A stretch of DNA of 64,000 nt from an uncultured Enterobacteriaceae bacterium (GTDB lineage: Bacteria > Pseudomonadota > Gammaproteobacteria > Burkholderiales > SG8-39): positions 7,198 through 71,197 of the forward strand of contig CAYWSG010000006.1 of NCBI GenBank assembly GCA_964461055.1. The letters are read 5' to 3'. Below the pieces are notes generated by a model, which did no database searches, was not told the DNA's origin, and was given only the letters and a program-made list of their open reading frames with translations. A program made the translations under genes and the position numbers. Below are positions 46,764 to 55,907 of this stretch, piece by piece. Within the stretch, counting starts at the first letter, position 1; each line of letters starts with the position of its first letter.

Positions 46764-47783
46764 ATGAAGACACCACGCATCCTCACCACCGTCGTCGGCT
46801 CCTATCCGGTCCCCGACTGGCTCTCGGCCGCGCCTTCGGAGCAGGCGCTCATCGACGCCACCCGCGTCGTCCTGCACACGCAGGAGCAGGCCGGCATCGA
46901 CCTCGTCTGCGACGGCGAGCTCTACCGGTTCGACCTCAACCATCCCGAGACAAACGGCATGATCGAGTACTTCGTGCGGCCGATGTCGGGCGTGCGCGCC
47001 GAGATCGGCTTCGGCGAATGGCTCGACTACTCGAGGGCCTCCGGCATGAGGTTCCGGACGCGCCCGCCGGGCGTCGTCGCCGGAAAGATCGGCGCCGGGA
47101 CGCTCAACCTGCCCCTCGCCTGCGCCCGGGCGCGCTCGCTCGCGCGCAAGCCGTTCAAGTTCACCCTCACCGGCCCCCACATGCTGGCGAAGACGGTGCA
47201 CGACCTGCACTATCGCAAGCCCGAGAAAGTGGCCCATGCGATCGCCGATGTCCTGGCCGCGCAGGTCCGGCACCTCGACGCGGACGTGATCCAGGTGGAC
47301 GAGGCCAACCTGCCGGGCCATCCGGACGAATGGAAGTGGGCGGCGGCGGCGATGAACAAGGTGCTGAAGGCCGTGCCGAAGAAATCGAAGGCCGCGGTGC
47401 ACCTCTGCTTCGGCAACTACGGAGGCCAGTCCATCCAGAAGGGAACCTGGAGCAAGCTGCTCGACTACCTCAATGCCCTCGCCGTCGACCACATCGTCAT
47501 GGAGACGGCGCACCGGCCGCCGGAGGAGCTCGCCGTGTTCAAGGGGCTGCGCAAGGACATCGGCTTCGGCCTCGGCGCGGTGGACATCAAGCGCACGGAG
47601 ATCGAGAAGCCCGAGGACGTGGCGCGCATGATCGAGCGCGCCGAGAAGCTCCTGGGGCGCGGGCGGGTGAAGTACATCCACCCCGACTGCGGCTTCTGGA
47701 TGCTCAAGCGCAACATGGCCGACGGCAAGATGCGCGCGCTCGTGGCCGGGCGCGATCTCTACGAGGGCCGCAAGCCCGGCTGA
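46764..47783 (+). CDS. cobalamin-independent methionine synthase II family protein (MetE C-terminal-like)
   Basis: ORF trimmed to MKTPRILTTVVGSYPVPDWL, 339 aa. Candidate Zn ligands in HLCFGNYG and IHPDCGF. Confidence 0.8.
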   Translation: MKTPRILTTVVGSYPVPDWLSAAPSEQALIDATRVVLHTQEQAGIDLVCDGELYRFDLNHPETNGMIEYFVRPMSGVRAEIGFGEWLDYSRASGMRFRTRPPGVVAGKIGAGTLNLPLACARARSLARKPFKFTLTGPHMLAKTVHDLHYRKPEKVAHAIADVLAAQVRHLDADVIQVDEANLPGHPDEWKWAAAAMNKVLKAVPKKSKAAVHLCFGNYGGQSIQKGTWSKLLDYLNALAVDHIVMETAHRPPEELAVFKGLRKDIGFGLGAVDIKRTEIEKPEDVARMIERAEKLLGRGRVKYIHPDCGFWMLKRNMADGKMRALVAGRDLYEGRKPG

Positions 47784-47788
47784 CCGCG

Positions 47789-49228
47789 CTAGGGCCTGAG
47801 CTGCTCGCCGACCTTCACGATCTTCATCGTGTTGGTCCCGCCGCTCTTGCCGATCGGCTCTCCGATGGTGAGCACGATGAGATCGCCCTGCTTCACCACC
47901 CCGTTCTCCACGAGGACCTTCTCCGCCTCGCGCAGGAGCTCCTCGCGGTCGTGGCCGATGTATCTCACCATCAGGGGCGACACGTCGCGAAAGAGCGCGC
48001 ACCGGTACCGCGTCCCGGTCTGGGAGGTGAGCGCGTAGATCGGCACGCCGCAGTTCAGGCGGCTCATCCAGAGCGCCGTCGAGCCCGACTCGGTCAGCGC
48101 GGCGATGCACTTCACTTTGAGGTGATAGGCGGTGAAGAGGGCCGCCATGGCGATGGACTGGTCCACCCGGGTGAACACGCGGTGCAGGAAGTCCTGCTCG
48201 AGGGTGAGCGGCTGGGTCTGCTCGGCCTCCACGCAGATGCGGTCCATGGCCTCGACCACCTCCACGGGGAACTTGCCGCTCGCCGTCTCGGCGGAAAGCA
48301 TGACCGCATCCGTGCCGTCGAGCACCGCGTTCGCCACGTCGGAGACCTCGGCCCGCGTGGGCACCGGGCTCGAGATCATCGACTCCATCATCTGCGTCGC
48401 CGTGATGGTGAGCTTGTTGTGCTCGCGGGCGAGCCGGATCATCTTCTTCTGCAGCGCCGGCACGGAGGCATCGCCGACCTCGACCGCGAGGTCGCCGCGG
48501 GCGACCATGATGCCGTCGGAGCCGCGCATGATGTCCACGAGCGCGCTCTCGGCGACGGCCTCCGCCCGCTCGATCTTGGCGATGAGGAAGGCGCGGCCGC
48601 CGGCCGCGCGCATGAGCTCGCGCGCCATGTACATGTCGGCGCCGGACTTGGGGAAGGACACGGCGAGGTAGTCGGCATTCAGCCGCGCCGCCGTCTTGAT
48701 GTCCTCCATGTCCTTGGCGGTGAGCGCCGGAGCGGTGAGCCCTCCGCCCTGCCGGTTGATGCCCTTGTTGTTGGAGAGCACGCCGCCGTGGCGCACGAGC
48801 GTGTGCACCTCTTCGCCGCGCACGTCGGTGACCTCCAGCACGATCTTGCCGTCGTCGAGGAGCAGGACATCGCCGGAGCGCACATCGCGCGGCAGCTCCT
48901 TGTAGTCGAGGCCCGAGCGCTCGTCGTCGCCCAGCGAGCAGGCCGCGTCGAGGATGAAGCGGCGCCCCTTCTCGAGCGCGACCCGGCCGTCCTTGAACTT
49001 GCCGACGCGAATCTTCGGCCCCTGCAGGTCGCACATGATGGCGACCGTGCGCCCGGTCTTTCGCGAGATCTCCTTCACCAGCTCGGCGCGGCGCAGGTGA
49101 TCCTCGGCGCTGCCGTGCGAGAAATTCAGGCGCACCACGTCCACCCCGGCGAGCACCATGCGCTCGAGCACGGCCGGGTCGCTGGAGGCCGGACCTAGGG
49201 TCGCGACGATTTTGGTGCTGCGGAGCAT
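47789..49228 (-). CDS. pyk: pyruvate kinase
   Basis: 479 aa with KIVATLGPAS, RLNFSHG, MVARGDLAVE. Confidence 0.95.
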   Translation of the reverse strand: MLRSTKIVATLGPASSDPAVLERMVLAGVDVVRLNFSHGSAEDHLRRAELVKEISRKTGRTVAIMCDLQGPKIRVGKFKDGRVALEKGRRFILDAACSLGDDERSGLDYKELPRDVRSGDVLLLDDGKIVLEVTDVRGEEVHTLVRHGGVLSNNKGINRQGGGLTAPALTAKDMEDIKTAARLNADYLAVSFPKSGADMYMARELMRAAGGRAFLIAKIERAEAVAESALVDIMRGSDGIMVARGDLAVEVGDASVPALQKKMIRLAREHNKLTITATQMMESMISSPVPTRAEVSDVANAVLDGTDAVMLSAETASGKFPVEVVEAMDRICVEAEQTQPLTLEQDFLHRVFTRVDQSIAMAALFTAYHLKVKCIAALTESGSTALWMSRLNCGVPIYALTSQTGTRYRCALFRDVSPLMVRYIGHDREELLREAEKVLVENGVVKQGDLIVLTIGEPIGKSGGTNTMKIVKVGEQLRP

Positions 49229-49291
49229 GAGGAAGAGGGAACGTTATCGGCTCCGGCGTCCCGGTGCAACATAGGGTCCCGCCCCGGGCGC

Positions 49292-49699
49292 TCAGCCGCC
49301 GATATGCAAGACCACCTCGCGGCGCGAGCCGCGCAGGCGATGCTCCCAGAGATAGATGCCCTGCCAGGTGCCGAGCGCGAGCGCGCCCGCCACGACGGGA
49401 ATCGAGAGCGACGTCGCCGTGAGCGCCGCCTTGATGTGGCCCGGCATGTCGTCCGGGCCTTCGGTGTCGTGGCGATAGAACGGATCGCCGTCGGGGACCA
49501 GGCGGTCGAGCCAGCGCTCGAGGTCGCGCCTGGCCGAAGGGTCCGCGTTCTCCTGGATGACGAGGCTCGCCGAAGTATGGCGGACGAACACGGTGCACAG
49601 GCCCTCCGCCACGCCGGACTTCCGCACCGCGGCCTGCACGCGCGTGGTGATCTCGTGCAGGCCGCGGCCCTGCGTCGCCACCGAGAACTGCTCAACCAT
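49292..49699 (-). CDS. yjbQ: YjbQ/UPF0047 family protein (secondary thiamine-phosphate synthase)
   Basis: ORF trimmed to MVEQFSVATQ, 135 aa. Motifs VRHTSASLVIQEN and GPDDMPGHIK. Confidence 0.85.
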   Translation of the reverse strand: MVEQFSVATQGRGLHEITTRVQAAVRKSGVAEGLCTVFVRHTSASLVIQENADPSARRDLERWLDRLVPDGDPFYRHDTEGPDDMPGHIKAALTATSLSIPVVAGALALGTWQGIYLWEHRLRGSRREVVLHIGG

Positions 49700-50522
49700 C
49701 GAGCCCGATGCGGCCGCGCGAGATGACCGCCTCTCCGCCGGTCTTTCGAGTCTCGAACAGGAGATCTCTTCCCTCGGGCCCCGCAAAGACCTCCAGCCGC
49801 GACGGCATCAGGACCATGCCGCTGAAGCGGCAGCGGACGCGACGGACGCGGCGCGGATCGATGCCTTCCAGCAGCCTCGACACGGAGAGGGCCAGGGTTG
49901 CCGTGCCGTGCAGGATGATCCCGGGAAGGCCGGCGGCCCGCGCGTGGGCGATGTCCGTGTGGATCGGATTCCAGATGCGCGCGCATTCGGTGTAGACGTG
50001 CGCGGCATTGGCGGCGACTTCGATGCTGCCCGCGGGCCGAAGCGGTTGGTCCGACGCGGGAATCTTCATCGGCTCGCCACGGTCCGGCCCCTCCACCGCG
50101 ACGCCGCGGTAGAGCACGCCGAAATCGGTGGTGGACACGGGCTCGCCCTGCGCATCCGTGGTCGCGAAGCGGAAGACGACGAACGCGCCCGGCTTGCGGG
50201 ACTCGACCGAAGCGATGTGCGCAGTCGTCGTGAGCCGGTCGCCCTGGCGCACGGGCCGGTGCAGGACGAGGTCGTGCTCGGCGTGCACGAGGCGCGGAAA
50301 GACCGGCGCGAGCGGCGGGATCTGCCGGATCGGCCGCGACACCGGCCACTCGTAGCACACGGGAAAGAGGGGATGCGCCATGACGCCCCCGGGCGCAGCG
50401 GTGTCGAAGTAGCGCGGATCGGTCTCGCCGAGCCCTGCGCTGTAGGCCATGAGCCAGCGGGCGTCGATCTCGTGCTCGAGCGGGCCGGCTTCTGCGCCGA
50501 CGATTTCGCCCGCGATCTTCAG
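49692..50522 (-). CDS. MaoC-like double hot-dog (R)-hydratase/dehydratase family protein
   Basis: C-terminal MaoC motif IWNPIHTD. Start uncertain: CTG at 50522 lies 4 nt after GAGGA and just after the pgk stop; the first ATG is at 50450. Confidence 0.7.
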   Translation of the reverse strand: MKIAGEIVGAEAGPLEHEIDARWLMAYSAGLGETDPRYFDTAAPGGVMAHPLFPVCYEWPVSRPIRQIPPLAPVFPRLVHAEHDLVLHRPVRQGDRLTTTAHIASVESRKPGAFVVFRFATTDAQGEPVSTTDFGVLYRGVAVEGPDRGEPMKIPASDQPLRPAGSIEVAANAAHVYTECARIWNPIHTDIAHARAAGLPGIILHGTATLALSVSRLLEGIDPRRVRRVRCRFSGMVLMPSRLEVFAGPEGRDLLFETRKTGGEAVISRGRIGLDG

Positions 50523-50529
50523 GCGATCC

Positions 50530-51687
50530 TCATCCCGCCGCGCGCGCCTCGAGCGCAGCCACCGCGGGGAGCGTCTTGCCCTCGAGGAACTCCAGGAATG
50601 CGCCGCCGGCGGTGGAGACGTAGTCCACACGGTCGGCGATGCCGAACTGGTTGATCGCCGCGACCGTGTCGCCGCCGCCGGCGATCGAGAAGCCCTTGGC
50701 GTCGGCGACCGCGCGCGCCAGCACCTCGGTGCCCTTGGCGAAAGCCTCCTTTTCGAACACGCCCACCGGACCGTTCCAGACGATGGTCGCCGCCCGGGCG
50801 ATCTCCGCCGCGTAAGCCTTCGCCGTCTCGGGTCCGATGTCGAGGATCATCTCCTCGGGCTTCACCTCGTCGGCCGCGCGGACCGTGCCCTCCCCGTCCA
50901 CGCTGGTCGAGACGACCACGTCCGTCGGCAAAGGGACCTTGCCGGAGGCGAGCAGCTTCTTCGCCTCGTCCACGAGGTCGGGCTCGGCGAGGGACTTGCC
51001 GATCGGCTTGCCGGCCGCGAGCAGGAACGTATTGGCGATGCCGCCGCCGACGATCAGCCGGTCGACCTTCTTCGCCAGCTCGCCGAGCACCGTGAGCTTG
51101 GTGGACACCTTGGACCCGGCCACGATGGCCACGAGCGGCCGGGCCGGGCTCGCCAGCGCGCGCCCGAGCGCCTCGAGCTCCGCCGCCATGAGCGGCCCGG
51201 CGACCGCCACCGGCGCGAAGCGCGCCACGCCATGGGTCGTCGCCTCGGCGCGGTGCGCCGTGCCGAACGCGTCGTTCACGTAGACGTCGCAGAGGGCCGC
51301 GATCTTCCGGGCGAGCGCCTCGTCGTCCTTTTTCTCGCCCTTGTTGGCGCGCGCGTTCTCGAGCACCACGATCTCGCCGGGCTTCACGTCGACGCCGTCT
51401 ACCCAGTCCTTCACCAAAGGGACTTTCCGGTTGAGAAGCGTTGACAGGCGCTCGGCGACGGGGGCGAGCGACTCCTCGGGCCTGAGCGCTCCCTCCTTCG
51501 GCCGGCCGAGGTGCGAGGTCACCATGACGGCGGCCCCCTGGTCGAGCGCGAGCCGCAGGGCGGGCAGCGAGGCGCGGATGCGCGTGTCGTCGGTGATGCG
51601 CCCGTCCTCGATGGGGACGTTCAGGTCGGCGCGCACGAGCACGCGCTTGCCGCGCAGGTCGACCTCGCTCATGCGCCGGAACTTCAT
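50530..51687 (-). CDS. pgk: phosphoglycerate kinase
   Basis: 385 aa with [28 protein letters not shown]. Confidence 0.95.
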   Translation of the reverse strand: MKFRRMSEVDLRGKRVLVRADLNVPIEDGRITDDTRIRASLPALRLALDQGAAVMVTSHLGRPKEGALRPEESLAPVAERLSTLLNRKVPLVKDWVDGVDVKPGEIVVLENARANKGEKKDDEALARKIAALCDVYVNDAFGTAHRAEATTHGVARFAPVAVAGPLMAAELEALGRALASPARPLVAIVAGSKVSTKLTVLGELAKKVDRLIVGGGIANTFLLAAGKPIGKSLAEPDLVDEAKKLLASGKVPLPTDVVVSTSVDGEGTVRAADEVKPEEMILDIGPETAKAYAAEIARAATIVWNGPVGVFEKEAFAKGTEVLARAVADAKGFSIAGGGDTVAAINQFGIADRVDYVSTAGGAFLEFLEGKTLPAVAALEARAAG

Positions 51688-51697
51688 GGCGAGGACC

Positions 51698-52711
51698 CTA
51701 CTTGGCGTTCATGAGCGCAACCGTCACGTCGAGCATGCGGTTGGAGAAGCCCCACTCGTTGTCGTACCAGGAGCACACCTTGACGAGCGTTCCCTCGGCG
51801 ACCTTGGTGAGCGTCGAGTCGAAGATCGAGCTTGCCGGGTTGTGGTTGAAGTCCGAGGAGACGAGCGGCTCGGTGCTGTACTCGACCACGCCCTTCAGGT
51901 CCGACTCGGAGGCCTCTTTCATCGCCTTGTTCACTTCTTCCACCGAGGTGGCCCGCTTCGCCTTGAACGAGAGGTCGACCAGCGAAACGTTGATGGTCGG
52001 CACGCGGATGGCGAAGCCGTCGAGCTTGCCGTTCAGGTGCGGCAGCACGAGGCCCACGGCTGCGGCGGCGCCCGTCTTCGTGGGAATCATGTTGTGGACG
52101 GCCGAGCGCGCCCGGCGCAGGTCCTTGTGATAGACGTCCGTGAGGACCTGGTCGTTGGTGAACGCGTGGATCGTGTTCATGATGCCCGTCACCACGCCGA
52201 TCCGGTCGTCCAGCGCCTTCACGAGCGGCGCCAGGCAGTTCGTGGTGCACGAAGCGTTGGAGATCACCGTGTCCGAGGCCTTCAGCTCCTTGTGGTTCAC
52301 GCCGTAGACGATCGTCCGGTCGACGTCCGACCCGCCGGGGGCGGAAATGATGACCTTCCTGGCGCCCGCCTGCAGGTGGGCGCCGGCTTTCGCCTTGCTC
52401 GTGAAGAGGCCGGTGCACTCGAGGACCGCGTCGACGCCGAGCTCCTTCCAGGGAAGCTTCGCGGGATCGCGCTCGGCGACCACGCGCAGGCGGTCGTCGC
52501 CCACCACCATGGCGTCCCCCTGCACGGAGACCCGTCCCGGGAAGCGGCCGTGGGCGGTGTCGTACTGGAGCAGATGGGCGTTCGTCTTCGCGTCGCCCAG
52601 GTCGTTGATGGCGACGAACTGCAGGTCGTGCTTCTTCCCGCCTTCGTAGTGCGCACGAAGGACCATGCGGCCGATGCGGCCGAATCCGTTGATGGCTACC
52701 TTGATCGTCAT
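51698..52711 (-). CDS. gap: glyceraldehyde-3-phosphate dehydrogenase
   Basis: 337 aa with INGFGRIGR and [12 protein letters not shown]. Confidence 0.95.
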   Translation of the reverse strand: MTIKVAINGFGRIGRMVLRAHYEGGKKHDLQFVAINDLGDAKTNAHLLQYDTAHGRFPGRVSVQGDAMVVGDDRLRVVAERDPAKLPWKELGVDAVLECTGLFTSKAKAGAHLQAGARKVIISAPGGSDVDRTIVYGVNHKELKASDTVISNASCTTNCLAPLVKALDDRIGVVTGIMNTIHAFTNDQVLTDVYHKDLRRARSAVHNMIPTKTGAAAAVGLVLPHLNGKLDGFAIRVPTINVSLVDLSFKAKRATSVEEVNKAMKEASESDLKGVVEYSTEPLVSSDFNHNPASSIFDSTLTKVAEGTLVKVCSWYDNEWGFSNRMLDVTVALMNAK

Positions 52712-52782
52712 CTCTTGCTCTCCTGCTCGCTGAACTGCCTGCCCTGAACCTCTACCTTGTGAAACCGGCTATGCGGGGCTGC

Positions 52783-54828
52783 CTATCCGAAGGTGCTCTT
52801 GACCGCCTCGGCGACGCGCTCCGGCGTGAAGCCGAAGTGCCGGAAAAGCTCGCCCGCCGGGGCCGACTCGCCGAACCGGTCGATGCCCACCACCGCGCCT
52901 TCCAGACCCACGTACTTGCGCCAGAAATCGGTCACGCCCGCCTCGACCGCTATTCTCGGCACATTCCGTAAGAGCACTTGCTCCTTGTACTCGTCCGGTT
53001 GGCGGTCGAAAACCGTCGTCGAGGGCATTGACACGACGCGTACGGCGATGCCTTCCTCCGCCAGCAGCTTTTGGGCCGCCACCGCGAGCTGGACTTCCGA
53101 GCCCGTGGCGATGACCACGGCACGCGGGTCCGGCGCATCGGACAGCACATAGCCGCCCTTGCGGATGTCGTCGCTCGACGCCCGCGCCTGGAACGGGACG
53201 TTCTGCCGGGTGAGGAGCAGCGCCGTCGGCCCGTTCGCCCGCTCGAGCGCCGCCTGCCAGGCGACCGCGGTCTCGACGGTGTCGCAGGGGCGCCAGACGT
53301 CCATGAACGGTATGAGCCGCAGCGCGGCCGCATGTTCAATCGGCTGGTGCGTCGGCCCGTCCTCGCCGAGGCCGATGGAATCGTGTGTAAAAACGTAAAC
53401 CACCCGCACCTTCATGAGCGCCGCCATGCGCAGCGCGTTGCGGGCGTAGTCGGAGAACACGAGGAAGGTGCCGCCGTACGGTATCAGGCCGCCGTGCAGC
53501 GCAATGCCGTTCATCATGGCGCACATGCCGAATTCGCGCACGCCGTAGAAGATGTGGTTGCCGGCGAGCACGCCCGGCAGGACTGCCTTCGAGGCCGCCA
53601 CCATGGTGAGGTTCGAGCCCGTCAGGTCGGCCGAGCCGCCGACGAGCTCCGGCAGCGCCGGCTTGAGGACCTCGAGCACGCTCTGCGAAGCCTTGCGCGT
53701 CGCCACCGTCTCGGCCTTGGCCACGAGCTTGTCGACGAGCTCGCGCATCGTGCCGGCGAAGCGCTCCGGCAGCTCCCCGGCCATGCGGCGCCTGAGCTCG
53801 GCAGCCTCCGCGGGAAACTGCTTCTCGTAGCTTTTCAGCAGGCGGCTCCAGCGGCGCTCGGCACGCTGGCCGGCTTCGCGCGCGTCCCAGGCCTCGCGGA
53901 CGGGCTCGGGGATCTCGAACGGGGCATGCGGCCAGCCGATCGCCTGGCGGGTCGCCGCGACCTCGTCGGCGCCGAGCGGCGCGCCGTGCGCCGCGCCGGT
54001 GTTCGCCTTGCGCGGCGCCCCCTTGGCGATGACGGTCTTGCAGCAGATGAGCGTGGGGCGCGGCTTCTCGCGCTTCGCCTCGCGCTTGGCCCGGCGGATC
54101 GCCTTGTCGAGGGCCGCCACGTCGTGGCCGTCCACGTTGGGGATGACGTGCCAGCCATAGGCGGCGAACCGCTTGGGCACGTCGTCCGTATACCAATGCG
54201 CAATCTCGCCCTTGTCCGAGTCGATGGAGATGCCGTTGTCGTCGTAGAAGGCGATGAGCTTGCCAAGCCCGAGCGTCCCCGCGAGCGCGCCGGCCTCGTG
54301 CGAGATGCCTTCCATCATGCAGCCGTCGCCCATGAACACGTACGTGTGGTGGTCGACGAGGTCGAAGCCGGGCCGATTGAACTCGGCGGCGAGGAGCTTC
54401 TCGGCGAGCGCCATGCCCACGGCGTTGGCGAAGCCCTGCCCCAGCGGGCCGGTCGTCGTCTCGACGCCCGGCGCATAGCCGTACTCCGGGTGCCCGGGCG
54501 TCTTGGAGCCGAGCTGTCGGAAGCGGCGCAGCTCTTCCATCGGCAGCGGATAGCCGGTGAGATGCAGCAGCGCGTAGAGGAGCATCGACCCGTGCCCGTT
54601 GGAGAGCACGAAGCGGTCGCGGTTGAACCAAGCCGGGTTGGCGGGGTTATGCCGCAGGTGGCGCGTCCAGAGCGCCACCGCGATCTCGGCCATGCCCATC
54701 GGCATCCCCGGATGGCCGGATCTCGCCGCCTCCACCGCATCCATCGCCAATGCACGGATGGAATTGGCGAGGTCGGCGTCTGACGCCTTGGTATTGGGAG
54801 CCGCTTTCGGCGGCAGCGGGGAATCCAT
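52783..54828 (-). CDS. tkt: transketolase
   Basis: Tail of ORF 52783-55086. Motifs [35 protein letters not shown]. Start chosen at MDSPLPP (54828); an alternative ATG is at 54852. Confidence 0.9.
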   Translation of the reverse strand: MDSPLPPKAAPNTKASDADLANSIRALAMDAVEAARSGHPGMPMGMAEIAVALWTRHLRHNPANPAWFNRDRFVLSNGHGSMLLYALLHLTGYPLPMEELRRFRQLGSKTPGHPEYGYAPGVETTTGPLGQGFANAVGMALAEKLLAAEFNRPGFDLVDHHTYVFMGDGCMMEGISHEAGALAGTLGLGKLIAFYDDNGISIDSDKGEIAHWYTDDVPKRFAAYGWHVIPNVDGHDVAALDKAIRRAKREAKREKPRPTLICCKTVIAKGAPRKANTGAAHGAPLGADEVAATRQAIGWPHAPFEIPEPVREAWDAREAGQRAERRWSRLLKSYEKQFPAEAAELRRRMAGELPERFAGTMRELVDKLVAKAETVATRKASQSVLEVLKPALPELVGGSADLTGSNLTMVAASKAVLPGVLAGNHIFYGVREFGMCAMMNGIALHGGLIPYGGTFLVFSDYARNALRMAALMKVRVVYVFTHDSIGLGEDGPTHQPIEHAAALRLIPFMDVWRPCDTVETAVAWQAALERANGPTALLLTRQNVPFQARASSDDIRKGGYVLSDAPDPRAVVIATGSEVQLAVAAQKLLAEEGIAVRVVSMPSTTVFDRQPDEYKEQVLLRNVPRIAVEAGVTDFWRKYVGLEGAVVGIDRFGESAPAGELFRHFGFTPERVAEAVKSTFG

Positions 54829-54841
54829 CGGAGGTGCGCAA

Positions 54842-54849
54842 ATTATACT
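54842..54849. promoter_or_regulatory. back-to-back -10-like hexamers between tkt and nudC
   Basis: The only AT-rich patch in the 30-nt gap. It reads TATAAT on the minus strand (54847-54842) and TATACT on the plus strand (54844-54849). Both lie within about 15 nt of their start codons. Confidence 0.3.
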
Positions 54850-54858
54850 CATCGCACC

Positions 54859-55788
54859 ATGCGACTGCCCTTCTCCTGCCCCGACCATTTCGAGCCGCTC
54901 TGCCACTGCGAGCGATCCGGCGCGCAGGCCGAAGGCGCTCACTGGTTCGTCTTTCGCGGCACCGAGCTGCTCGTCGAGATGGGCCCGCTCGAGCGCCCCT
55001 CGGACGACCTGCGCGTGCGCGCCCGCCCGGCCTGGGCGCGCCTGCCGGGGACGCCCGGGGGGGCGCCGGGGTTGCAAAAAAACCACAATTGGTTGGGGCA
55101 GGCCGCCGTCCGGACCCTATACCTAGGGCGTCTCAATGACGTCGACTGCTGGGCCGCCGAGCTCCCGGAAGGGGCGCCTGCGCCTGCCGAGCACCTGAGC
55201 TGGCAGGGGCTGCGCTCGCTCTTCTCGGTGCTCGAGGACGCGCACTTCGCGCTCGCCGGGCGCGCCCTGCAGCTCATCGACTGGGACCGCACGCACCAGT
55301 TCTGCGGCCGCTGCGGCGCCCGCACCGAGCCGCGGCGGGAGGAGCGCAGCCGCGTCTGCCCGGCATGCCGGCTCTCCGCCTATCCGCGAGTGGCGCCCGC
55401 CGTCATGGCGCTCATCAAGCGGGAGCGCCAGCTCCTCCTCGCGCGCAGCCCGCACTTCCCGCCCGGGATGTACAGCGCGCTCGCCGGCTTCGTCGAGCCC
55501 GGCGAGTCGCTCGAGCAATGCCTGGAGCGCGAGGTGGCCGAGGAGGTCGGCGTGCGAATAAGCAACATCCGCTACTTCGCCAGCCAGTCGTGGCCGTTCC
55601 CGCATTCGCTGATGATCGCCTTCGTGTGCGACTGGGCGGGCGGCGAGATCCGTCCGCAGGCTGGAGAAATCGAGGCCGCGGATTGGTTCGAAGTATTGCA
55701 ATTGCCTAAACTTCCAAGCAAAATCTCGGTCGCTCGCGGATTGATCGATGCCGTGGTCGAGGAGCTCCGCAGCACCAACGACGTCTAG
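54859..55788 (+). CDS. nudC: NAD+ diphosphatase / NADH pyrophosphatase (Nudix, NudC)
   Basis: 309 aa. Zn ribbon CGRCG...CPAC, Nudix box [23 protein letters not shown], and SQSWPFP. Confidence 0.9.
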   Translation: MRLPFSCPDHFEPLCHCERSGAQAEGAHWFVFRGTELLVEMGPLERPSDDLRVRARPAWARLPGTPGGAPGLQKNHNWLGQAAVRTLYLGRLNDVDCWAAELPEGAPAPAEHLSWQGLRSLFSVLEDAHFALAGRALQLIDWDRTHQFCGRCGARTEPRREERSRVCPACRLSAYPRVAPAVMALIKRERQLLLARSPHFPPGMYSALAGFVEPGESLEQCLEREVAEEVGVRISNIRYFASQSWPFPHSLMIAFVCDWAGGEIRPQAGEIEAADWFEVLQLPKLPSKISVARGLIDAVVEELRSTNDV

Positions 55789-55907
55789 GAGGTCTTGAAC
55801 GAGTTGAGCGCGATCAAAGAGCGCTGTGTGCGCCGCAAGGCGCGAATGGAAGGCGTGGCCTTTTCAGTATCAGGGGGCTGCGCCTTCGCATTTTGGAGGG
55901 TACGGGC

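Noticed and set aside
19916-47788. Calling the 28-kb accessory stretch a mobile genomic island
   Set aside because: No integrase, tRNA attachment site, flanking direct repeats or obvious compositional break is visible. It is reported only as a possible synteny interruption to be tested.
46701-49598. 965-aa minus-strand ORF spanning the MetE-like, pyk and yjbQ regions
   Set aside because: It is out of frame with pyk and antisense to the MetE-like gene, and its sequence is low-complexity. The in-frame pyk (47789-49228) has all the canonical motifs.
54829-54852. Earlier tkt start ([12 protein letters not shown]..., ATG at 54852)
   Set aside because: It would leave only 6 nt to the divergent nudC start and would place the only -10-like element inside the coding region. 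The N-terminus from MDSP already exceeds the usual transketolase leader length.
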